34,935 nucleotides of DNA from Deltaproteobacteria bacterium HGW-Deltaproteobacteria-17 (GTDB lineage Bacteria > Myxococcota_A > Polyangia > HGW-17): contig PHBF01000002.1 in the NCBI GenBank assembly GCA_002841905.1, positions 1 to 34,935 on the forward strand, given 5' to 3'. The notes beneath the pieces were generated by a model, which was not told where the DNA came from, did no database searches, and worked only from the letters and a program-made list of their open reading frames with translations. This document shows positions 8,378 through 15,917 of the stretch, piece by piece; the stretch's first letter is position 1; every line of letters starts with the position of its first letter. Made by a program: the position numbers and the translations under genes.

Positions 8378-9422
8378 CTTGACTCCAGTGCAGGTATTCG
8401 GTTCGGATTCGCTGCGCTGCTTCCTCGGAGCGCTCGGGTTCCCACTTCAGATCGACATACGCCTGCACGGGGTGCACGCATCGGATGCCGTCGGGCTTCT
8501 GGATGTCCAGAAAAACGCCATCGTCACGAGGAATCACCAACCGGAGGTTGGCGCCGCGCGGCTCTTCAAGAAATCCCAGGTGCTTCAGGACCTCTGTTGA
8601 AGGGTAGACGGGTAGGTAGATTGTGGTCGAACGAAAGGATGCGAAGTGCGTGTAGGCCCAGGCGGCGGCCAACCCCGTGGCCGCATACTCCAACTTGGCG
8701 TCCAGAAACGCGTCGGCCAGGAACCGCAGCAGCCCATCGCCGGACCGGGCGGCCACGTGCCCGATCACCATAGGCGGCTTCGATTTTGCGACCGTCTCCC
8801 TCCAGAGATCAAGCAGGAGCGCCGGATTCCGGGCCTTGACGGCGCCGCCGGGGTCCCGTTCGACCAGCTCCTCGCTCTCCAACCGGGTCACCAGGCGACT
8901 GATGAAGCCCTCATCCAGTTCAGTCGCGCGGGCCAATTCCCGTTGTCGGATCGATTCCCCCGCGTGAATAAGCAACCATCGCACGACGCGCGTGCTCCTA
9001 GGGGCGAAGAGATTGGCCGGCCGGCCCGAAGTCTTGAAACGGTTGGGCTTTCCCTCGATGTGGATGCGCAATCCCGGCGCGACGATGTGCGCATTGCCGC
9101 TGAGGTCGAACCAGCCGACCTGTTCTTCGAGGCACGCCCGCCTTCCAGCATCGCCCATGAACGGCACGACCAGGATCGGGACGGCCTGGCCATCGAACCC
9201 ATGGGATTGCTGCCGGAGCTTCCTGGCCGCTGCCGCCATCGGTGCCACTGCGGTTGACCGGCTCATGGCCAGCACGAATTTCGTTCCCAAATGGAAGACC
9301 CACCCCCCGAGATCGGAAGGCATGGCCTTCTCCCGGAGCACACTCTCTTCCATGCCCAGCAGGTCGGCCAGGCGCTCGAAAACGGCATTCCATTGTCTTT
9401 CAGGTTCCAGTTGGGCACGCAT
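8367..9422 (-). CDS. AbiEi-like / MarR-like winged-helix DNA-binding protein (orphan; no AbiEii toxin recognised)
   Basis: Start at MRAQLEPERQ (ATG ending at 9422). Central wHTH RVVRWLLIHAGESIRQRELARATELDEGFISRLVTRLESEELVERD. The C-terminal part ...VHPVQAYVDLKWEPERSEEAAQRI resembles AbiEi-type antitoxin C-domains. Confidence 0.6.
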   Translation of the reverse strand: MRAQLEPERQWNAVFERLADLLGMEESVLREKAMPSDLGGWVFHLGTKFVLAMSRSTAVAPMAAAARKLRQQSHGFDGQAVPILVVPFMGDAGRRACLEEQVGWFDLSGNAHIVAPGLRIHIEGKPNRFKTSGRPANLFAPRSTRVVRWLLIHAGESIRQRELARATELDEGFISRLVTRLESEELVERDPGGAVKARNPALLLDLWRETVAKSKPPMVIGHVAARSGDGLLRFLADAFLDAKLEYAATGLAAAWAYTHFASFRSTTIYLPVYPSTEVLKHLGFLEEPRGANLRLVIPRDDGVFLDIQKPDGIRCVHPVQAYVDLKWEPERSEEAAQRIRTEYLHWSQDDR

Positions 9423-9429
9423 ACCTGTT

Positions 9430-9458
9430 TGAATAGGCCAACTTGTTCGTTTTGTCAA
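9430..9458 (-). promoter_or_regulatory. sigma70-like promoter candidate giving a leaderless or near-leaderless mRNA for the AbiEi-like gene
   Basis: On the minus strand: TTGACA (9458-9453), 17-nt spacer, TATTCA (9435-9430), only 7 nt before the ATG. Confidence 0.4.
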
Positions 9459-9498
9459 GTCAGGTAATTTATGCAAGTTGGAGTGTGCCCGCGCGGCC

Positions 9499-9879
9499 TC
9501 AATCCATCGGCTCCACCAGGTGTCGCCGATTCTCCGCGGGTGCAAACGGCTCCGGCCAGTATTCCAACAGCCGCGTGATCCGCCCGTCGACCACCGTGAA
9601 AAACGAGATCACCTCCGCGTGCTGCTCCCCGTCGGTGACGCTCACCTGGGTGACCACCTCCGAGTCGCCGGCCACGAGCCGATTCACACGAAAGCGCCAC
9701 GGCCCCTTCGCAGGATATTCGCTGTTCATCCGCGCGAAGCGCTCCGCCCCCCGGATGCGCTCCCCCGACTGGGGCCACTCCATCACGAAGTCCTCGGCCA
9801 GAACCACCCCCGCCGCATAGAAATCATTGGTCGCCATCTTGTCCCAGAACAACCGCACCACGTCTTCATGCTTCATCAC
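9499..9879 (-). CDS. SnoaL-like / NTF2-fold family protein
   Basis: 126 aa. MMKHEDVVRLFWDKMATNDFYAAGVVLAEDFVMEWPQSGERIRG... has the typical NTF2-like polyketide-cyclase pattern. Confidence 0.75.
   Translation of the reverse strand: MMKHEDVVRLFWDKMATNDFYAAGVVLAEDFVMEWPQSGERIRGAERFARMNSEYPAKGPWRFRVNRLVAGDSEVVTQVSVTDGEQHAEVISFFTVVDGRITRLLEYWPEPFAPAENRRHLVEPMD
9707..9736. repeat. right copy of the 30-bp direct repeat (inside the SnoaL-like CDS)
   Basis: TTCGCAGGATATTCGCTGTTCATCCGCGCG. See 8168-8197. Confidence 0.85.
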
Positions 9880-10079
9880 TCCAGCTCCTGACTGTTTAAC
9901 ACCGCAACACTTTTTACAATCGCTCTTCGATGATTTCCCAACGGTCCCTGAAAGGTTCCAGTTCCGGCAAGTTCAACGAGCAATGCAAAGAATCCGGCTT
10001 CTTGGGTCTCTTCCCGCCATGGGAATCCAGAAAGTTCCGATGGCGGGCAATGATGACCTTCGCCATTGAACATTCCAGG

Positions 10080-11810
10080 TTATTTACCATTCCACTTTCC
10101 AATTGTGGCTATAACTCTTTCCATTTTCTCAACAAGATCAAATCTCGAACATTGCTCTTTTTCTGTCATTATTCGAGTTGCTTGAATTGCCAAATCAATT
10201 TTTTCGAAATTTGTAATACCGGGGTTTTTCTCAAGATATGACAAGCCGTCTTTTTTCTTCTTCGGGAATAATGGCTGGTACTGTTCAATCTCCACCAATT
10301 CTTGTTCTGGAGAAAGGTCTTGTTTAAAAACCTCTGCTAGAACTGAACCGGTTAGATAATTTTCGATTTCTTTGCCCTGAGTTATCCAAATGAAACTGCC
10401 AGGAATTTTATCAACTTCATCCTTTATCCGCTGAACCCGGGGTTTTAAGGAATCAGTTTCGTTTGTTCGATCACTATCACATATAACGATGAAGTTTCGG
10501 TTTAGATTGAGGAGGTTGGCCCAATCTGCATTTTGATCATCGGGAGATGCGAATTGGTCTCTTCCAATCAGGGAACCACCGGTGAAGGCGCATTGGTAAT
10601 CTCTCCCCTCGTGAAGCGAACCGTCGCTGAAAAGCTCAATCCATTTGTTCAAATAAATGCGATCTGAAGGCCCTTCAACCCAGATGATGCCGTTGGCTTG
10701 CAATAAATCTGATGGCCTTGTGCCAAGCTCTGCAAGCAAATCTAATTTGTCAAAATGTGTGGAGATTGATCGTGCGACAGCGGATTTTCCATCATGAGTC
10801 ACGCGAATTATTTGCGCAGAATTGGATGTGCCAAAAAAATCTAGAGCCACACTTGAATGGGTGGTGAGAAAAATGATTGCTTTTTCTCGAGTTACGTATT
10901 CTTCGAGGTATTCCAAAAGCCTTCGAAAAAGAGCAGGATGAAGATTGTTTTCCAACTCTTCAAAGGCAAACACATATGAAGATTTTTCTTTCTTTTCCAT
11001 TTCAGGAATTACAAGAAGATTCAAGAGCACCAGGATAATGGTTTTCAGTCCACTCCCGGACTCACTAAGTGAATACAACTCTTTTCCCTGTTCTCCGAGA
11101 ATTATTTCCCATGAACCAGGCGGATTAATAGGGCTTGCTAGAGCATGTTTTCTGGCAGTAATCTCAATAAATCTTCCATCTTTTCCAAAGATGTCATCTA
11201 AAGCGAATAGCAGATCTTGCTGGATCAATTCTCGACGAAAGCCTATAGTGTTAACATACCGATTTATGATGCTCGTTGCGCCAGTGCCATCAGGTAAAAG
11301 TTGGGGGTCATTAGCGTCTATTTCTGGACGAATATCCCTGTCTGCAAGAAGCCACCGGAAATTTGTTCCAGATAGAAAGTGTTTTGAATGGCGGGCAATA
11401 TTTTCAATAATATTTTTAATTTCAATATATTGCTCATGCCCATATCGATTTAGTGGAAGTGTGTCTAAATTAATATTTGCAACAGTGCCGTCTCGACGAA
11501 TGTCCCAAAAAATGCGCTTTCCAACAAAATGGCGGCCATAATTACTCCAGTGCTCAGATGTAAGCGGTCCCCCATAAGTGTTTTCTGGGAAACGATCTTT
11601 GAGGGTTCTCTCGTCAAGAACGCCACTGCAGATACAATCAACATTTGGAACAGTATTCCTTATACATAAAAGTTCAATAAACCTTAAGTAATACGACTTG
11701 CCTGAGTTATTTCTGCCTATTATAACATTAATTGGCTTGATATATTTTAATTCAGAGAGACTATCTTTAAAGCAATGGTAGCCAAGGTATTGAATGGAGT
11801 CTATATACAT
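10080..11810 (-). CDS. ABC/AAA15-type ATPase fused to a TOPRIM (DUF4435/OLD-like) nuclease domain; OLD-family or single-chain PARIS-like defence protein
   Basis: Walker A GRNNSGKS. Signature-like SESGSGLKT. Walker B/D-loop FAFEELENNLHP. H-loop TTHS. C-terminal TOPRIM motifs IIWVEGPSDRIYL and FIVICDSDR. Strongly AT-rich compared with its neighbours. Confidence 0.8.
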   Translation of the reverse strand: MYIDSIQYLGYHCFKDSLSELKYIKPINVIIGRNNSGKSYYLRFIELLCIRNTVPNVDCICSGVLDERTLKDRFPENTYGGPLTSEHWSNYGRHFVGKRIFWDIRRDGTVANINLDTLPLNRYGHEQYIEIKNIIENIARHSKHFLSGTNFRWLLADRDIRPEIDANDPQLLPDGTGATSIINRYVNTIGFRRELIQQDLLFALDDIFGKDGRFIEITARKHALASPINPPGSWEIILGEQGKELYSLSESGSGLKTIILVLLNLLVIPEMEKKEKSSYVFAFEELENNLHPALFRRLLEYLEEYVTREKAIIFLTTHSSVALDFFGTSNSAQIIRVTHDGKSAVARSISTHFDKLDLLAELGTRPSDLLQANGIIWVEGPSDRIYLNKWIELFSDGSLHEGRDYQCAFTGGSLIGRDQFASPDDQNADWANLLNLNRNFIVICDSDRTNETDSLKPRVQRIKDEVDKIPGSFIWITQGKEIENYLTGSVLAEVFKQDLSPEQELVEIEQYQPLFPKKKKDGLSYLEKNPGITNFEKIDLAIQATRIMTEKEQCSRFDLVEKMERVIATIGKWNGK

Positions 11811-11880
11811 AAAATCCTTTCATTGGCACTTGAATTGTGCGTTAATTGCATTTATCTGAGTCCCATATTTTCAGTAGCAA

Positions 11881-12846
11881 TCACCTCACTCCCACCAGCC
11901 GCACCCCGACCGGGAAGTGGTCGCTGAACCCCTTCACATCCACCTTGCCTTTGCCCATCCCGAAGCGACGGGGGCCGGAGCCCTTCTTCTTCTCGATCAT
12001 CGGGCGGCCTTCGATGGTGGCCCCACCATCCACCGTCCAGCCGCTGGAGCCAGCGACTATGCCGCGGCTGACCAGGATCTGGTCGAGCATGTTCCACCGG
12101 CCGTTGTAGAGCAGGGAGCCCTGGCCGGCGCCGCACAGGGGCCACATCAGATTCAGCAGGTAATGGTTCTTGCCGGCCAGCACCTGGGCGGGGTCGCTGG
12201 TGCCCAGGGCGTATTCATTCAAAGAGCGGTTGAAGGGCTCGTCATTGAAGTCACCCATGACCACGATGCCCACATCGTCGCCCTGCTCCTCGTGGATGCG
12301 CTCCACCCAGTAGGCCAGCGTCTCCCCGGCGATGATGCGGAACGGCTCGGATTCATACTGGCCGGCCGAGCGCGACGGCCAGTGGTTGCCGATGAGCACC
12401 AGCTTCTTGTCCCCGACGCTGAAGTTCACCTGGAACAACTCGCGGGTGGCGTAGCGCTTGACCACCCAGTGCTGGAACCACTCTTTCTTGCTGGTCTTGG
12501 CAACCTTGGGGTCGTAGAGGAACGCCACGTCGATGCCCCGGTTGTCGCCGGTGTCCGCGTGGGCGACCTTGTACGTGCGCCCGCCGGCCGAATGAATGGC
12601 CTCACAGAGACGATGCAGGACGTTGACGTTTTCGACCTCGCACACGCCAAGGATATCCGGACCGGCGCCATTGTTCATCGCGCAGATGACCTTCGCCAGC
12701 TGGGCCAGCTTCAGTGCCAAGAGGTCCTCGTCCCATCCAGCCAAATCCTTTCCGATGACTTTCTGCAGTTTCTCAGGGCGTGGGGCGGTCTCTGTGTCGA
12801 ATAGGTTTTCCAGGTTCCAGAATGCCAGGTACAGGGAATCGGGCAT
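11881..12846 (-). CDS. endonuclease/exonuclease/phosphatase (EEP) family protein
   Basis: Start MPDSLYLAFWNLENLFD after GGAGGTGG. Also contains ILGVCEVEN, VVMGDFND and FSDHFPV, the characteristic EEP catalytic blocks. Confidence 0.8.
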   Translation of the reverse strand: MPDSLYLAFWNLENLFDTETAPRPEKLQKVIGKDLAGWDEDLLALKLAQLAKVICAMNNGAGPDILGVCEVENVNVLHRLCEAIHSAGGRTYKVAHADTGDNRGIDVAFLYDPKVAKTSKKEWFQHWVVKRYATRELFQVNFSVGDKKLVLIGNHWPSRSAGQYESEPFRIIAGETLAYWVERIHEEQGDDVGIVVMGDFNDEPFNRSLNEYALGTSDPAQVLAGKNHYLLNLMWPLCGAGQGSLLYNGRWNMLDQILVSRGIVAGSSGWTVDGGATIEGRPMIEKKKGSGPRRFGMGKGKVDVKGFSDHFPVGVRLVGVR

Positions 12847-13038
12847 GGCGCCACCTCCGGAAAAAAGCATAGCCGAGTTCATGATCTAGTCAATACAATT
12901 GTGCGATCCATGCACGGGGGCGCAGATGGAACCTAACAGATGTTCAGTGGAGATCTCCTCCATTTTCATGATGGTGAAATTTTTCAATATTCCTGTAATT
13001 GCAGGTGTTTTTTGCCGATTTTTCTTTGGCTCGCCGGG

Positions 13039-13066
13039 TTGACACGCTCGGCAGAATTGATAAACA
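13039..13066 (+). promoter_or_regulatory. sigma70-like promoter candidate for the 13084 gene
   Basis: TTGACA (13039-13044), 16-nt spacer, TAAACA (13061-13066). Confidence 0.35.
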
Positions 13067-13083
13067 GCGGGCGTCTCGAGTGA

Positions 13084-13776
13084 ATGGAAATAACGCACAT
13101 TTCCATTATAACACCGACTGCGGTCGGAGAAAGCGTCGATGGTAGTAGTATGTCGTTTATGAGCAAGACTTGGAACCTGGAAACCAAAACCGAACACCTC
13201 ACGCATCTCGCCATGTCCGTAAAATTGGAGAGCGAGACGGCCCACCTCTACGCGCCGCTGAGCGACATCTTGACCACGGCCAACGAGGTCCTCACCGAGA
13301 GCAGGCGGCTGCGCCTGGCTCAACTCGAGGCCCTGGCCAGGGTCAACACCCTGGATCGCAAGCTGGACATCCAGGCGTCGAGCCTCTCCCACAGCGCCCG
13401 CCAGGCCGAGCGCCTCAATCCGGCTTTGCGCGTGCTGGGAAATCTGTTCCCTGACGGTGTCAGCACCGTGACCAAGCCCACGGGTCGAGGGGTCGGTACC
13501 CAGGTCCGGCTGCTCAACGGCGTCATCGTTTCCACCGACGGCATGCCCGAGGCGGCCGTCCTCGCCCCCGTCATCGCCGATCTGCGCACGACGCTGGCCG
13601 CCACCGAGACGGCGCTGGCCGAACTCAAGGCCATCGATGATCAGGTCGAAGCCAACGAACGCCTCAGCGACGACACCGCCGAACGCGTCTACAACGCCTA
13701 CTATGTGACCAAGGGCGAACTGATGAAGATCTACATCAACAACAAGCGCTTCATCAACTCGTTCTTCCTGAACTAG
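13084..13776 (+). CDS. hypothetical helical protein (start uncertain: 13084 or 13150)
   Basis: The plus-strand translation is protein-like and helix-rich (...LAELKAIDDQVEANERLSDDTAERVYNAYYVTKGELMKIYINNKRF). The longer antisense ORF 12886-13923 is R/G/D-rich junk. No family recognised. Confidence 0.6.
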   Translation: MEITHISIITPTAVGESVDGSSMSFMSKTWNLETKTEHLTHLAMSVKLESETAHLYAPLSDILTTANEVLTESRRLRLAQLEALARVNTLDRKLDIQASSLSHSARQAERLNPALRVLGNLFPDGVSTVTKPTGRGVGTQVRLLNGVIVSTDGMPEAAVLAPVIADLRTTLAATETALAELKAIDDQVEANERLSDDTAERVYNAYYVTKGELMKIYINNKRFINSFFLN

Positions 13777-13784
13777 TCCTCTCC

Positions 13785-14186
13785 CTTCGATATCTACTTC
13801 GGCTCTGCTCGCACGGGCTCGACGGACTTCGAATATCACTTCGGACCTGCTCGCACGAGTTCGACGAGCTTCGAATATCACTTCGGCACTGCTCGTACGG
13901 GTTCGACGAGCTTCGAATATCACTTCGGCACTGCTCGCACGGATTCGACGAGCTTCGAATAAGACTTCGGCACTGCTCGCACGAGTTCAGCGACTTTTGA
14001 ATATAACTTCAGACCTGCTCGCACGGGTTCAACGACTTTTGAATAGAACTTCGGCTCTGCTCGCACGAGTTCAGCGACTTTCGAATATAACTTAGGCCCA
14101 GCTCGCACGGGTTCGACGAGCTTCGACCAAAACTTTCAACTTGCTCGCACCGATTCAACGACTTTCAAATAAAACTTCGCCTAACG
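13785..14186. repeat. 42-bp tandem repeat array, ~9.6 units, with degeneracy increasing toward the 3' end
   Basis: Units start at 13785, 13827, 13869, 13911, 13953, 13995, 14037, 14079, 14121 and 14163. Consensus CTTCGAATATCACTTCGGCACTGCTCGCACGGGTTCGACGAG. Each unit carries a TTCGAA palindrome and a GCTCG..CGAGC dyad. There are no unique spacers. Confidence 0.95.
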
Positions 14187-14260
14187 TTTGAGCGGTCCAG
14201 GAGGTGTCACTTCACAAACGGCGGGATCTCACTGTAGAGGTCACGTTCCATGCACCCTTA

Positions 14261-14328
14261 CCGCCCGCACCGGGCGGTTGATCGACGGTAGCCCCTGGTT
14301 GCCCAGCCGAAGGCGGAGCTACCAGGGG
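14261..14328 (+). terminator. GC-rich hairpin pair (terminator / REP-like), related to the element at 4152-4195
   Basis: CCGCCCG-cac-CGGGCGG (14261-14277) and CCCCTGGT..ACCAGGGG (14292-14328). 37 of 44 nt are identical to 4152-4195. Confidence 0.45.
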
Positions 14329-14339
14329 TCAACAAAACG

Positions 14340-14800
14340 CCAAACGCCGAGTTCAACTGTCGCCTGTCCTCCCGGCCGGCATTTTGAAAAACTTTTTTCT
14401 ATTCGTTACACCCTGAAATATCCCAATAAATTCAACGCACTCCGCCTTGCCATATTCCAATACCACTGAAAGCGCAATATTTGCCCTGTTGACACTCACG
14501 AGTGTTTCCCCAATGCTGATTGCATTCCGTTTTTCCTCGTTCGGAGAGGTGCTCGTCCATGGCGACGTTGTTGACCTTCGAAAGCAGCAGATTCCGGCAA
14601 CCGGTTGTAGTGGGTTGCTGGCGAGGGAGCCTTTGCGGGGACGTACAGACAGGGGATGGCGCGATTTTTCAATCTGGATTGTCGATGACGTGGCACGCTC
14701 TTCGATTATCCGGTAAATCATTTCCGAATATTTTTATGCGGATGACGAAGACGAGTATTTTTTCTCACGGATCGGCAGAAACAAAAGTTTGCTTGAGAAA
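14340..14800 (+). repeat. conserved ~450-bp non-coding leader element, copy A (upstream of cassette 1)
   Basis: Aligns along its length with 16824-17266 and 19694-20146. It ends TTTCTCACGGATCGGCAGAAACAA about 27 nt before ATG 14821. Confidence 0.9.
14489..14517 (+). promoter_or_regulatory. promoter-like box inside leader copy A
   Basis: TTGACA, 17-nt spacer, AATGCT. The -35 hexamer is invariant in all three copies. Confidence 0.35.
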
Positions 14801-14820
14801 CAGAATAAGGAGAAGAGACT

Positions 14821-15036
14821 ATGGCATACTATGTTGGACTAACAGATGATCTAGAAACCAGAAAACAGCAACACGGCAACCCTTCAGACTGGTCCACGAC
14901 GGGGCCATTTTCGTCAGAGAAAGCCGCGCGCGACTGGGAGAAGGGGGAACTCGCAAAGGGGCATAAAGGTGGCCCTGGCGGCGCTGGTTGGCGCTACGGC
15001 TACTGGTACACAATTACCAGCACAACAATTGAATAG
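14821..15036 (+). CDS. small conserved-looking protein (71 aa); the N-terminus resembles the second half of a GIY-YIG motif
   Basis: SD AAGGAG upstream. MAYYVGLTDDLETRKQQHGNP... resembles YIG.T.DL..R...H. It is the first gene after leader copy A. Confidence 0.55.
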   Translation: MAYYVGLTDDLETRKQQHGNPSDWSTTGPFSSEKAARDWEKGELAKGHKGGPGGAGWRYGYWYTITSTTIE

Positions 15037-15129
15037 TCAGCAAACAATCAAATGCAGGATATTTTCGCGTAGCCGCGAAAAATCATGATTTGAGAGGTTA
15101 GATTTCTTTACTCACAAAGGACTCCCGCG

Positions 15130-15798
15130 ATGGCCCGCACCAGTGATCGAGATGTATTTGTCAAACGCCTTGCAGAACTTTCCGGTGAAGACGGCAATTT
15201 CGTTAGTAACGAAGCGCTCAGAAAGAAGTTGAAGTGGGAGAAACAAAAGTACCGCACTGTTCACAGTGTCCTTCGTCAGGAAGAGTTAATTGTTGTAAAG
15301 AGAGGGAGGGGTGGGTTACTCGCTCTCGCGGCTAGCCAGCAATCCGACAAGCTCAAGTTGTTTGTGTCCTACAGTCACATCGACAAGGATCTCAAAGAGC
15401 GACTCATACGGCACCTGCAACCGCTCGAAAGAGAAAATCTCATTGAGGTTTGGGCGGATCATGAGATTCTTCCCGGAGACGATTGGGACAAAGAAATTTC
15501 AAAGAAGTTAGGTGAGGCAGACATTGTATTAACGCTCGTCAGTATTGACTTCATCAACTCGAAGTATTGCTATGACATAGAACTGATCAAGGCATTGGAG
15601 CGTGAAGCCGACGGTGAAGCGAAGGTAATCCCGGTTATCTTGCGGAGCTGCCTTTGGACAAAGTCCCCTCTTGGGCGACTCAAGGCGCTCCCTACTGACG
15701 GAAAGGCCGTTACCACTTGGCTAGATACGGACGATGCTTTAACCGTTGTCGCAAGTGGTATACGTGACTCTGCCATCGCCCTGCTTGAGAATGTCTAA
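15130..15798 (+). CDS. TIR-domain protein with an N-terminal ~70-aa (possibly winged-helix) domain
   Basis: TIR_2-type blocks LFVSYSHIDKD, WADHEILPGDDWDKEI, IVLTLVSIDFINSKYCYDIELIKAL (conserved Glu) and VIPVIL. Confidence 0.85.
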   Translation: MARTSDRDVFVKRLAELSGEDGNFVSNEALRKKLKWEKQKYRTVHSVLRQEELIVVKRGRGGLLALAASQQSDKLKLFVSYSHIDKDLKERLIRHLQPLERENLIEVWADHEILPGDDWDKEISKKLGEADIVLTLVSIDFINSKYCYDIELIKALEREADGEAKVIPVILRSCLWTKSPLGRLKALPTDGKAVTTWLDTDDALTVVASGIRDSAIALLENV

Positions 15799-15917
15799 GA
15801 AATCTATCCTGCGTTTCGAGGGGACCGCCGAGAAGCTGCGCTTCTCGGTTCCCTCCGCCCTACGGGCTTCGGCAGACCCTTCAACTGAACGGTGTGTACG
15901 ATGAGGAGAAGGTGACG

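Noticed and set aside
9914-10066. 50-aa minus-strand ORF (MAKVIIARHRNFLDSHGGKRPKKPD...) just downstream of the OLD-like gene, and a 53-aa plus-strand ORF at 19503-19664 (MRITPDVFVRDGGPATIEKESF...)
   Set aside because: They are short, have weak or absent SD sequences, and I recognise no family. They are possibly gene fragments at insertion junctions. The evidence is not sufficient to call them.
9880-10080. A tRNA, integrase or att site at the island borders (9.9 kb and 26.1 kb)
   Set aside because: No tRNA-like T-loop or acceptor pattern and no recombinase-like ORF were seen at either border. The only att-like repeats are the 30-bp pair at 8168/9707 and the 44-nt hairpin element at 4152/14259, both reported separately.
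13785-14186. The 42-bp tandem array as a CRISPR array
   Set aside because: Units are contiguous with no unique spacers, and no cas genes are present in the window.
13785-14330. The tandem array plus hairpins as a type III (ToxI-like) antitoxin locus
   Set aside because: The layout of repeats followed by a terminator is reminiscent. However, no ToxN/AbiQ-like endoribonuclease gene follows within the expected tens of bases, and the next ~490 nt are the non-coding leader element. Kept only as a hypothesis inside the tandem-array finding.
14680-14700. Sigma54-like TGGCACGCTCTTCGAT in leader copy A
   Set aside because: The GG/GC elements are not conserved in copies B (TGGTACGCTATTCGAT) or C (ATGTAATACTCTTCGAA), and the -12 region lacks the TGC core.
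14353-14721. ORFs inside the three ~450-bp repeat elements. Plus strand: 14447-14716, 16859-17191, 19737-19982. Minus strand: 14353-14721, 16612-16941, 16881-17147, 19759-20025. This includes a 23-codon minus-strand peptide MRFQWYWN(M/L)AQRSALKLLGDFRV.
   Set aside because: Frames and lengths differ between copies. Copy A has an in-frame TGA in the plus-strand ORF and lacks the ATG of the minus-strand peptide. Substitutions between copies show no third-position bias and are nearly all non-synonymous. No SD sequences are present. Treated as non-coding.
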